Positions 23,301-33,942 of a DNA stretch of 48,007 bases are shown here, piece by piece. The position numbers and the translations under genes were made by a program. Source of the stretch: Thraustochytrium aureum (Eukaryota); contig BLSG01000333.1 in NCBI GenBank assembly GCA_012862495.1, positions 69,919-117,925 of the forward strand, written 5' to 3'. The notes under the pieces are model-generated. The model was not told the origin of the DNA and did not search any database. It saw only the letters and a list, made by a program, of their open reading frames with translations. Within the stretch, counting starts at the first letter, position 1. The number at the start of each line of letters is the position of its first letter.

Positions 23301-23383
23301 AGGGCGAGAGTCAGGGTGCGGCATCGTCTCAGTCGATGGTGTTCTGGGAGGTTGCGAGCGACTTTGTCGAAGCTGCTTTTTAG
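14334..23383 (+). CDS. Large (~3000 aa) polycystin-1/REJ-like membrane receptor: signal peptide, Cys-rich region with LNR repeat, REJ module, GPS motif and ~5 TM helices; one gap and frameshifts at ~17428 and ~21145
   Basis: N-terminal hydrophobic signal (AVGLALALTALAQSAQG). LNR-like CHPGQLGDGRCHPACNIPECLFDGNDC (15441-15536). REJ-type motifs GRQLKWTF, YTWEV, LTLDGRRSCDP, VNTPPTAG, FFDPDGGPIQYAF. GPS CGFFDPSLNEWSTEGC...LCECNHASDY (21557-21673). PKD1-like EHSLLSLFSRYDPVYSRAQRITVFF. Treating the four ORFs as one gene is inference. Confidence 0.78.
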
Positions 23384-23768
23384 AGACACCGCAGCTGCAG
23401 CCCTCGTTCTCCCCACTTTTTGAAGGAAATCAAAATCACAATCAATCTTGTCTTGTTGTTTTTATTTGGGTCCTGGCCGGGCGCAAGCAGCAGCCCATTC
23501 GTTCGGCTCATGCACACCAGGCAACTCGCCCGTGCGAGCAAAGCCCCTCACGCTCGCCCCTTTCCGCAGGCCGCACTCCCGCGGCTTTTGCGTAGAGAAC
23601 CTACAGAAACGAAATCCAAAATCCGCCGTCGGCTTGCGGGCCCGTCCCCTCGCACTCGGACGCGTGGCCAGCCTGCAATTGACAAGTCCCTCGTCCTCGG
23701 ATAGGGCAACACTCCAGCGGGAGCGCGCAACTCGCCTGCGGGAAACGCGTATGTCCAGCATTCCAAAG

Positions 23769-24904
23769 CTAGGCCATTTCCTCTCGCCAGTTAGAAGGCA
23801 GTCCTTCGATCTGCGCAAGAGGAAAGCACCACTTGTCTTTGCGCTCCGAGCACCCTCGATCAACGGTCTTGCTCTGGATGAGGCGAACGAGCTTGCGTTG
23901 CTCGAAACCAGGCGGGCAGAAGCGCTGCTTGTACATGAGCGCGACACGGTTCAGCCGGCTAACGACATGGCACAGAACCCAAGCGCGCTGCCGCGATTGC
24001 CGGCCCTTGGTCTCGTCAAACAGGTCGTCAGGACTCTCTTTAATGAGGGGTGTGTCGCACTCCAGGATGCTCGCAGGTACATGGCCCTTGTGAAACATCC
24101 ATGGTCCGGAATTAGGGTCGGGCGCCTTAAAGTTGGAGGCCATGTGCACAAACGTGGGCGACCGCCACTCGGGAGACTCCGCCTTGGGGTTGAGGCACGA
24201 CATGTGGTCCCACTGGCCGACCCAACTGCATGGGGAGCGCGGTTAGAGAACAGCCTTGGAAAGACCTTCACCAGCGGCCAGCCCCTTTGAACCGCAAAAG
24301 GAAAACTTACTCAAAGGCCTCGCCACGGGAGCCCCAGGTCGAGATCATATAGTGGTCCAAGATCGTGTGCTTGAGGTCGAGCTGCGCCGCCGCGATCGAG
24401 TATGCCCACATGTCCGCAAGGATGTCAACTTTGACATCAAGGACTGGCTTCATGTACTGCGCCCAGAGCTTGCTCAGGTCGTTCAGGTCGTCGACGTGCA
24501 GCATCAGTGGCGGCCCAACACTGGTATACTGTGCTGCCTGCTCGTATGACCAGCTCTTGGCCTTGTTGTTCGGGTCGCCCGTGATTTTGCTGAGGTCATA
24601 CGCGGGCGAGACCCAGCCGCCTTCAAGACCGTAACGCTGCGCCACGGGACGGCCCCTCTTGACGACGTCGATCGGCGTGTTGCGGCCAGCGTCGTTTTCG
24701 TGGCCCCGTGTCGCAATGTACTCGCCCGGCTTGAGCCCTGTTTGGGTCAGTGGGCGGAGGAAAACAAAGTCGGGGTCTAGGATTGCGACCACCGTCTCTC
24801 CGAGCCGATCCAGCTCGGGGCCGCGCGTGCTCAATAAAGTACTTGATCGAGTTGGGCTTATTGATCCACGGGAAGTCGATCGCGCCATCAAAGGCGGGAG
24901 TGAC
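23769..24904 (-). CDS. HPAT/SGT1-like (hydroxyproline O-arabinosyltransferase / peptidyl-serine galactosyltransferase-like) glycosyltransferase, 3' exons; 5' part in the gap; frameshift at ~24818
   Basis: Motifs FPWINKPNSI, VAILDPDFVFLRPL (DxD), GRPVAQRYG, SVGPPLMLHVDD, LADMWAYSIAAAQLDLKH. After the intron: FDWV...WMFHKGHVP.SILECDTPL...AWVLCHVVSRLN...YKQRFC. A probable upstream acceptor (GCTAAC...CCAG) ends at 24905. Confidence 0.72.
24226..24310 (-). other. Spliceosomal intron (85 bp)
   Basis: GA|GTAAGT donor, CTAAC branch point, TGCAG| acceptor. Joins ...GEAF-D-WVGQWDHMSC in frame. Confidence 0.88.
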
Positions 24905-25853
24905 CTGGTTGGAGAAGCGAGGGGCCTTGTTAGCTTTCGGAGACTCGCGCAAGCCAAAGGCGAGCGCGNNNNNNNNNNNNNNNNNNNNNNNNNNNNNNNN
25001 NNNNNNNNNNNNNNNNNNNNNNNNNNNNNNNNNNNNNNNNNNNNNNNNNNNNNNNNNNNNNNNNNNNNNNNNNNNNNNNNNNNNNNNNNNNNNNNNNNNN
25101 NNNNNNNNNNNNNNNNNNNNNNNNNNNNNNNNNNNNNNNNNNNNNNNNNNNNNNNNNNNNNNNNNNNNNNNNNNNNNNNNNNNNNNNNNNNNNNNNNNNN
25201 NNNNNNNNNNNNNNNNNNNNNNNNNNNNNNNNNNNNNNNNNNNNNNNNNNNNNNNNNNNNNNNNNNNNNNNNNNNNNNNNNNNNNNNNNNNNNNNNNNNN
25301 NNNNNNNNNNNNNNNNNNNNNNNNNNNNNNNNNNNNNNNNNNNNNNNNNNNNNNNNNNNNNNNNNNNNNNNNNNNNNNNNNNNNNNNNNNNNNNNNNNNN
25401 NNNNNNNNNNNNNNNNNNNNNNNNNNNNNNNNNNNNNNNNNNNNNNNNNNNNNNNNNNNNNNNNNNNNNNNNNNNNNNNNNNNNNNNNNNNNNNNNNNNN
25501 NNNNNNNNNNNNNNNNNNNNNNNNNNNNNNNNNNNNNNNNNNNNNNNNNNNNNNNNNNNNNNNNNNNNNNNNNNNNNNNNNNNNNNNNNNNNNNNNNNNN
25601 NNNNNNNNNNNNNNNNNNNNNNNNNNNNNNNNNNNNNNNNNNNNNNNNNNNNNNNNNNNNNNNNNNNNNNNNNNNNNNNNNNNNNNNNNNNNNNNNNNNN
25701 NNNNNNNNNNNNNNNNNNNNNNNNNNNNNNNNNNNNNNNNNNNNNNNNNNNNNNNNNNNNNNNNNNNNNNNNNNNNNNNNNNNNNNNNNNNNNNNNNNNN
25801 NNNNNNNNNNNNNNNNNNNNNNNNNNNNNNNNNNNNNNNNNNNNNNNNNNNNN

Positions 25854-26026
25854 AATTTTCCGAGCACTGTGTGGAGGGTGTTGCTTCTAATTTTCCGAGC
25901 ACTGTGTGGAGGGGTGTTGCTTCCCATTTTGCGAGCACTGTGTGGAGAGTGTTGCTTCCCATTTTGCGAGCACTGTGTGGGGGTGTTGCTTCCCATTTTG
26001 CGAGCACTGTGTGGAGGCGTTGCTTC
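25854..26026. repeat. ~35-bp minisatellite (CATTTTGCGAGCACTGTGTGGAGGGTGTTGCTTCC-like), five visible copies abutting the gap
   Basis: CGAGCACTGTGTGG recurs five times head-to-tail at ~34-36 bp spacing with no unique spacers. Confidence 0.92.
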
Positions 26027-26195
26027 GGGAACCCGTTGCGCTGGAGAAGCCGGCCGCCCCTCACAGAGGGTCCTCCGGCGAAATAGCGGGTTCCCCGGGG
26101 AAATAAAAGGGAGCGATAGAGAGGTTACTGCGGGTTCCCCGGGATTACTGTGGTGGTGCGGGGAATTATGTGCGTGATGCCTGGACAGCAGAGAG

Positions 26196-29100
26196 GTGCA
26201 GGCAGTCCTCGAAGCAGAGCTGCAGCCGCGTTGGGGGCGTGCGAGCGCTGCGGTGCGGCCCTGCGGTGCTGTGGAGTCCCGCAGCAACGCACGGTGCGGC
26301 TCTGCGTCGCTGGGGAGTCCCGCAGCGTTGCTTTGCTGGTCGCGGTCGGCAGGGTTGCATGAATGGGCGACGGGGCAGGATGAACTGCGCGACACTGCAC
26401 GCAAACTGCTCCTCGCGCTGCACGGGCTCTTCATGAACGCCGCGCCGGCGAGCAAGGAGGAACGGAAGCGGCAAGCAAAGCTGAACGCATGGCTCGGGGA
26501 GTTTAGCAGGGACACCAGGCTGGTTTCGGTGGTCTGCTCGGCCGTCGTGCGCGAGGCGGGGAACGGGTCGGCCAAACTCGTGAGGGAGCTAGCGCCAGAG
26601 CTTGACGCACGGCGCGCCGCCGCGCTATGGGAAGCCACAGTGCTGTTCGCGAGCCAGTGCCTGCACAAGATGGCCAAGCGAAGGCAGTTCGCTGATCTCG
26701 CCCCGGCAGAGCAGGCAGAGCTTCGTCGGTTCTTGGTCGGCGCCTTGCACGCCTTTGCAGGCGGCCAAGAGGCTAAATCTCCCCAGGCGGCCCGCGTGCG
26801 CACACAGCTTGGCCTGGCACTAGCCGCAACCGCGGTCAGGTCTGCGCCTGGCAATGGCTGGGCGCCAGAGAACGTCGTCGACGACCTTGTGCGCGAGTTC
26901 AACGCCAAGCCGAGCGCTCTCGTCGAGCTTGTTCGGCACCTGGCCGACCAGACCGCCGACGACGACGTGTCCGCCTCCCTGCCGGACAAGGAGGCGTTTG
27001 CGGCCGCGCTTCGCAAGTCGGGGCCCAAAGTGCTCTGCCTACTAGAACAACGTGCGAATGAGGCACAAGGGGACCCGGCCGCCCTCGCGTCCGTCATCAA
27101 ATGCTGCTCAGCATGGGTTGACGCCCAGCTTCTGTCTGTTGCAGACCTCGTCGCGAGCTCGTTTGTGGTGGGTAGTCTTTCCGCCGCCCAGCGCGCTGCG
27201 GCTGCCTTTGGGCACGAACCAAGCCGGCAGCGCGCTTTTGGCGAGCTCATAACCGAAGCGTGCGAGCTGGTGCGNNNNNNNNNNNNNNNNNNNNNNNNNN
27301 NNNNNNNNNNNNNNNNNNNNNNNNNNNNNNNNNNNNNNNNNNNNNNNNNNNNNNNNNNNNNNNNNNNNNNNNNNNNNNNNNNNNNNNNNNNNNNNNNNNN
27401 NNNNNNNNNNNNNNNNNNNNNNNNNNNNNNNNNNNNNNNNNNNNNNNNNNNNNNNNNNNNNNNNNNNNNNNNNNNNNNNNNTCGCTCGCCGGGACGGATG
27501 ACGACGCAACCGCGCTCGCCGTCAACGCCGCCTCCGCACTGGTCTCTGTTGCGCGCTGCGCATTCGAGAGCCAGCGCGAAGCCATCCTCGCTTCTGGTGT
27601 GGCCCAACTCCCCGGCGATATTGGGCCGCGCCCGTTCGAGGCTGTCGTGGCGTGCATGGAGCTGGGCTCGCGCGAGGTGGGAGCGTGCACCTTCGACTTT
27701 TGGCAAGCGTGCCAAGTTCACTTGGCCTTCGTGGCACAGCACCCGGACCGCCCCGCCTTTGACGCTTCGGCCGCGCAGATGCGGTTAGAAGAGGGCCTCC
27801 GGCTCATCGTCTGCGGCCTGTCGGCCTACCCAGACGAGTCTGACTTTCGCTCGCTCTGGCTCCCAGAAACAAGATACAACCTGAAAAACATACGGAGGGA
27901 CTTGCGCGACGTGCTGCGCGACATCTTCAAACAAGGTGGTGGCGGGGGCGCTGCGAGCGGACTCGCGGGCTCCCTCGCGAGATTCGTCGAGTGGGCCGCA
28001 ATCCAAGTATCGGTTTGGGCGAGTAGGGTCTGTGGCAAGGGGCGCCGGCGGGTCGAGTGGCGTAAAATCGAGGCAGTCTTGCACGCCCTCACTGCTGTCA
28101 TTCCGTACATCGGCAGCGACGACGCCGCGTCGCAGAGCCACGTCGCAAAGACGGTCCAAACCGTCAGTTTCGTCTTCTGCAAGGTCGAAACAATCATGCC
28201 AGAGAGGTTATTTCATCGTGCGCTCCTCCGCACCGCTGCGATCCTGTGCGGCGTTGTGGCCAAGCGTGCCGCGCCATCAGCTGCGTTACAAGTCGCGGAT
28301 TCGCTCCTGGAACTCACGATGGTCACCCTGCATGTCCCAGAGGAAGACGAGTTTCACCCGTTCAGGGAAGGCGAGGACCACTCGGCAGCGGTGGCCTTCG
28401 TGAAGTTTTGTCTCACACCGCCGCTCTGCGCGTGGCTGGTCGAGGGCCTTGGCAGCGAGGGCTCAGCTGGTCAATCCGCCTTTGTGCGCATTTTAGAGTT
28501 GTACCGCGCCCAGTCCTGCCTCGCACTCAATTGCGTCCCAGAGCCGTCCGGCGTGGTCTTGCTGCCCTTTGTATTCATCGGCGGCCTCGATCGCAACCAG
28601 CGGGTGCTGTCGGCGCGCAGCTGTGAACTCGTCCTCCAAGGCCTTGTAGCCGTTGTGCTTGCGCGAAGCGCGTCTGGCGCAAGCGAGGGCGACACGAGCA
28701 GGGCTTTGCGGCGATTGCTCGAGCTGCAGCTGACCTGGGTCGAGGAGGGCGCGAAAGCGGCGGCGGAGGGCTGGCGCGTCGCCGACGCGCCAGCAGTGTT
28801 CTCGCGGCTCGTGAGCGGCCTGAGCAAGCTTGCGATGATGCTCACGACAGCGCAGCGCGCGCCGGTCGCCACCGGCCAAGTGCGCACCGACCAGGTATTG
28901 TTGGCGGTCTGCGCCGCTCCGTTCAAAATCGCCGTTTCCATGGCAGCCCGGGGCTGCCGCGAGTCTGCTCCAGCGGACCTGCGTTTTGGAGGCGCGAGAG
29001 CGTCAAGCGTGCTTGCCGAGTTCATGTTTGCGTTTGTGGAGGCTTGGCTTCACGCCTGTCTCCACGCCAGCGGGGGTGCCGGCCTACTAGGGGCCGCGAG

Positions 29101-30118
29101 ACTTGCGCAGGCAGTCAGGGACCACATCGAGCGCGCTGTAGGCCAGTGCGACTCTCCGGCCGCTGCGGTTGCGTTTCTTGAGCGACCCGAGGTGCTTCGG
29201 GCTGTCAGGACACTGGCGCTGCTTGTCCGGGCATCTGCTGCAGAGTCGGCGCCGCTCAGCTTGACCAGCTCTGGTGGTCATGGTCAAGCGTGGCAATCCG
29301 TGGTGTCGCATGTTGTCGCCGCAGCAAAATCGGTCGTGCTCGGCCTGATGCGCGCAACAGAAGCAGGCTCTCGATTGCCAGAGTTCTGCCCTGCAGCCGG
29401 TGAACACATTTTTGACCTTGTGCGGGACGTCATCGAGTGCTGGTGTGCCGACACGGGGATTAGCCAGGTCATTGCCGCTGAGCAGCGTGTCCAGATCGTC
29501 CAGCTCTTGGGCTCAACCTGCAGGCTCGCGCTGGGGACTCATGGCGGGTGCGGGCCGAGAACAAGCTCCGACGGTGTGCAGCAGGCCGACCTTGCTGCGG
29601 CCCTGGTCAAGTTTGAGCGCGCCTCCGTTCTCGGCGGCAATCTCGACAGCGTAGACCCGTTCTCTTCTCTGCCAGGAGTTGCCGCGTGGTGGGAGGAAGG
29701 CCGCAATGCTCTCTTTGTGCAGGAAGGGCTCGGCGCTGCACTGGTTCGGGGCGGGCTCGTCGGCGGCGCTGGCTGCCTCCCGCCTTGGGCCATAGACCGC
29801 ATCAGCATCCTCCTGCGCGCAGCTGCAGGCCAGTTTCCAACGCACTTTGAGGCCTGGGTCCGAGCCGCGCTTCTAGACCCAGCGGTGCCGAGCCCTTCTG
29901 TGAGCAGCAAGGCGCGGGCGCAGTTTCTGGGTGACCTTGGCAAAGCCCAAAACCGCTCAGTTCCAGCGTTCAAGAAGCTGCTCAAAAAGTTTTGCGGCGG
30001 GAAACGCAAGGGCGAGACCCAAGCCAGGCCGCGTGAGGCGGGCAGGCAGCGCGACGCCATCGTTCGTAACAGCCAGCTGGCAATCACTGTCACGACCTCC
30101 ACTGGCAGAGAGGAGTGA
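26196..30118 (+). CDS. Divergent importin-beta family karyopherin (transportin-3/MTR10/importin-13-like); interrupted by a gap; start uncertain
   Basis: N-terminal signature LNAWLGEFS...VLFASQCLHKM...QFADL...ELRRFLVGALHAF...VRTQLGLALAA...W..VVDDLV; later TFDFWQ, RRDLRDVLRDI and WRKIEAVLHAL. Joined from ORFs 26196-27274 and 27482-30118. Confidence 0.7.
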
Positions 30119-30186
30119 ACTCGGTTGGCCCGACAATCACTGTCACGACCTCCACTGGCAGAGAGGAGTGAACTTGGTTGGCCCGA
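30081..30186. repeat. 53-bp tandem duplication with one mismatch, spanning the stop codon of the importin-like gene
   Basis: 30081-30133 and 30134-30186 both read CAATCACTGTCACGACCTCCACTGGCAGAGAGGAGTGAACT(C/T)GGTTGGCCCGA. Confidence 0.95.
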
Positions 30187-30356
30187 GACAGGCCACTGCG
30201 CTGGCGCGCCGACGCACGACTCGAGCTCGCTCGACAGCACGCGTACCCGCTTAAAAGCGAAGAAAAGCAAAACCAACAGAACAAGCACCTCGCCTTCCTT
30301 TCCTTCCCTCTCATGACTCATTGCTACAGGCTATGTACGCGAATCTCCTCCGTCCC

Positions 30357-33300
30357 TCAAAGCCCATGGCCGGGCTCGCCGACCGTGAGCTCCGCACCTC
30401 CTGCGTCGTCCATCGCAGAGACTGCTTCTGCCGCAGCGGCGGCAGCGGCCTGGTCGCCAGCGAGGCTCTTTGACATTTCGTGGAGGACCGCAACGACCTG
30501 CGAGGTATCGTTCACAAAGTACTGGGCCGCGGTCGGCTTGCGACCGACGGTGCAGGTGAAGGCATGGCCAAACCGCTCGGTAGACTCGGCCCGCTGAGCC
30601 ATCGCTCCCCAGTAGTCAAGAACGCTCGTGTACATGGGCTCGTCCGACGTGTCGTCGCCGACGCAAAAGCAAAACTCTGGGTCAAAGTCGACGCGGCGCT
30701 TGAGCTCCTCCAGGATGTACCCGACCGCCTTTCCCTTGTCGACGCCCTTGGGCAAAAGTTCGACAGTGTGCTTCTTGCGCGTCACGGCGATCGGGACGTT
30801 GACTGCTGCGATCGCTTCCTCTAGTTCGTGCTGAAGCTTTACGGCCTGCATGCCTCCCCACTCGGGGTCAGCCTGCCTGAACTGCCACGAGGTCGTCACC
30901 GAAGTCTGGCGCCACGAGCTCCCGCCCGTCCGCCAGGTGTAGTCTTCCAAAATGGTCGGGGATGCCAGCTTCCTCGACCCAGCGCGACCACTCCTCCTCG
31001 ACGCCGGGCAAAATGTGCTCCCAGCCCTCGTGCGCTTCGCGATCCCGACGCGCGGAGAGATGGCCATGCGCGCGCCTTGTGCGCGAGACGGGCGGGTCTT
31101 TGGTGCGGTTGAGTACGTTCCCCCAGCGCAGCTTGACGCCAGAGTGCGCCACGATCCCGAGCGGAGTGGACGGGTCGGCGATGATCTCGCCGAAGGCGGC
31201 CAGGAGCACGTCTGGCGAGTTGCCGCTGATCACAAAGACCACGTTGCGCGGGTCCGAGCAGAGCAGCTTGAGAATGGCGGACACCTTTGGGGAAAGCTTG
31301 CGCTTGCTGACGCCCAAAAAGTCACGCTTTACGGCTAGGTTGCCGAGCTCGCGCGGCGTCAGCGTGNNNNNNNNNNNNNNNNNNNNNNNNNNNNNNNNNN
31401 NNNNNNNNNNNNNNNNNNNNNNNNNNNNNNNNNNNNNNNNNNNNNNNNNNNNNNNNNNNNNNNNNNNNNNNNNNNNNNNNNNNNNNNNNNNNNNNNNNNN
31501 NNNNNNNNNNNNNNNNNNNNNNNNNNNNNNNNNNNNNNNNNNNNNNNNNNNNNNNNNNNNNNNNNNNNNNNNNNNNNNNNNNNNNNNNNNNNGATTGATC
31601 GGCTGGCAAAACCCCTCCAGCACAATATTTTCAAACGAGACAACCGAGTGGTACTCTGAGCCTTGAATGATGTCCTTGTCCAGCGCTGTTATGGCCTGGA
31701 TCTGGCCCTGGATCCCGGCCTCAACGTCCGTCAATATGTTGCGCGTCCACGCGGCCGAGGACCTGTTGGTGATGTACCCGCAGTCCCGCTCGCGGCGCGC
31801 GTTGCGCTCCTCAGGGCTCATGCAGAGCGCCTGGTCGATCGACCTTGCCACCTCTTCGATGTCGTAGCAGTTGATGCGAATCGCGCCGTTCAGCACGCGC
31901 GAGGCAGCCGAAAACTCGGACATGATTACCACACCCGCGGGGTCGCGGTGGCAAAAAGTGTACTCCAGGGGAAGGAGGTTGAGCCCTTCCATGACGGGGG
32001 TGCAGACCATGATATCTGCCGAGCGCCAAATCGCGGCGCGCGCCTCGACAGAAGGCCAGCGCGTTACGGGGTACTCTTTGAACACGACGACAGGGCCGTG
32101 CACGCGATTGATGCGGTCGCAGAGCTCCTTGACTTCGAGAATGGCACGGACGCCCTCCTCCAGCTTGCCGATGTGGTCCTCCTCGTTTCCGAGGTGGTCT
32201 GCCTCGGCCAGAGAGATGAGCTGGTGCGACAGCGTGACCAGCCCATGCTGAATGAACACCACGCGGTCGCGGTATCTCGGCACGTCGTTGAGGAGCTTTT
32301 CAAACGCCAGAAGCTTGAGCGGCACGCCGTTCAGGCGCGTCAGCTCGTCCATGCCAACAATTATCGTGCGCCCGCGGTACTTTTCGCGAATCGCGCTGGC
32401 GGTCTCCTGGCAGGCGCGCGAGAGCACCGCGTTGTCGAGAAGGTGGCGCTCGATGCCGACGTGCGAGATGGCGATGAGCACGGCGCGGTCCATGTGGTCG
32501 ACAACGAGGCGGCCGCCCTCTTGTGAGTGGAACTGGAGCCCGAGGAAGCGCTTGAGGAGGTGATAAAGTGGCGCGCGTGGTCAAAGGTGTGAAAGCCGAC
32601 CACGTTGGCGCCCAGCACCCCCTCTAGGAGCTCGTTGCGCACTGAAAGGGTGCGGAAGATCTCCGAGGTCGGGAACGGGGTGTGCAGGAAGAAGACGATC
32701 TTGGGCTGCTTTGTGAGCGTGAGGCCGCGTTCGCGGGCTTTGGCACGCAGCAGTTGTGGGACTAGCATAAGTGGGTAGTTGTGCACCCAGACCAGGTCGC
32801 GGTCGGTCACATTTGCCATGACGAGCTCCATGACACATTCGGCGAAAATCGTGCAGCCCTTGACAAACCCATGCCATCGATCGCGCTTCCGAGCCTTTGG
32901 CTTGGTCGAGGCAGCAGCCGCTGCCGCCGCTGCCCTTGCAGCTTTTGCAGCGCCGCACAGGGAAGAATCAACGCCTTCGTCGGAGGCCGCGCTCCCAGGA
33001 CGATCTTCCGCCGCCTCACTGATCGGTGGGAGCGCGGAGCCGCTTGTTGCGGATATCGAGCCTGCGCCCTGGGGCTGCATGCCTGAGGCAAGGCTGGGGT
33101 GCTCGCTCTCAAGGCGACGCACGCGCTCCTCGTTGGGGATGGTCACGTTGAGCACGTTGTGGAAGATGTCGCGGATCCGCAGCAGGCACGACCGGACGTA
33201 GTGGTCTACAAAGACCTCCTTGTCGAGAAAGATTGGCACGCAGTCGAACGAACGCAGCTTGTCGCGGATCTCGTCGTGGTCGGCCTCTGTAAGCTGCCAC

Positions 33301-33942
33301 ACGAGCTCGACGTCTTCGTCGCGGACCACGTACGGAGTAACGGCGCCTACCCAAGTGACCGAGTGGTCGTACGCCACGCTGCCCTCGGACTTGGTCGAAA
33401 TGCTGTTCGGGTTCCACTCTGCACTCCAGCGCTTGCCGGGCGGCGCCGTCTTGTTGAGATACAAGTACACGGGCAAGTTGAACGACACGAGAAACATCCG
33501 GTACCGCTTGAGTTTTTGCGGCCTGCTCGCCGCAGTGCTCCGAAACTTTGCCTCGGAGCCTGCGCAACCACTGGCCGGTCCAGCAACATGCCCTCCGCCG
33601 GCAACCAAGCCTCCCGTCGCTGCCGAGACTAGGTCAGCGCCTCCTGAGCTAGAAAACGCGCCCTTGGTTGCCGAGACGCTGGACCTGGCTGGCGTCCCTG
33701 CGGAGCTGCGTCGGGGCATCCGCCTGCTTGACGTCACAGGTGGGCGGCTCGCGGAGTCGTCATCAGTTCCGGCGTCATCGGTGTCGACGTCGACGTCAGA
33801 CCCCGCTGGGCGACGTGTCGCGTCGGCGTTGTCGTCGGACGCGGCCCGGCCACGCACACTTGATCCGGTCGCGTCGGCGTAAGGTTCCTGCTCGACATCG
33901 GGCCTGCTCCTGTTCGCGCCTGGCGAAGCGGTTCTGACAACA
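30357..33942 (-). CDS. Trehalose-6-phosphate synthase/phosphatase fusion (GT20 + HAD-IIB TPP); 5' end in the gap; frameshifts at ~32554 and ~30960; one internal gap
   Basis: GT20 motifs DLVWVHNYPLMLVP, FFLHTPFPTSEIFRTL, GFHTFDHARHF, EGLNLLPLEY, MSEFSAASRVLNGA. TPP motifs DPRNVVFVISG, VELLPKGVDKG, CVGDDTSDEPMY, FTCTVGRKPTAAQYFV. Confidence 0.92.

Noticed and set aside
23448..24290. 280-aa plus-strand ORF downstream of the polycystin-like gene as its missing channel part
   Set aside because: No hydrophobic helices, and it is largely antisense to the glycosyltransferase exon.
25854..26026. CRISPR-like array of ~35-bp repeats
   Set aside because: Units are head-to-tail with no unique spacers, there are no cas genes, and the context is eukaryotic.
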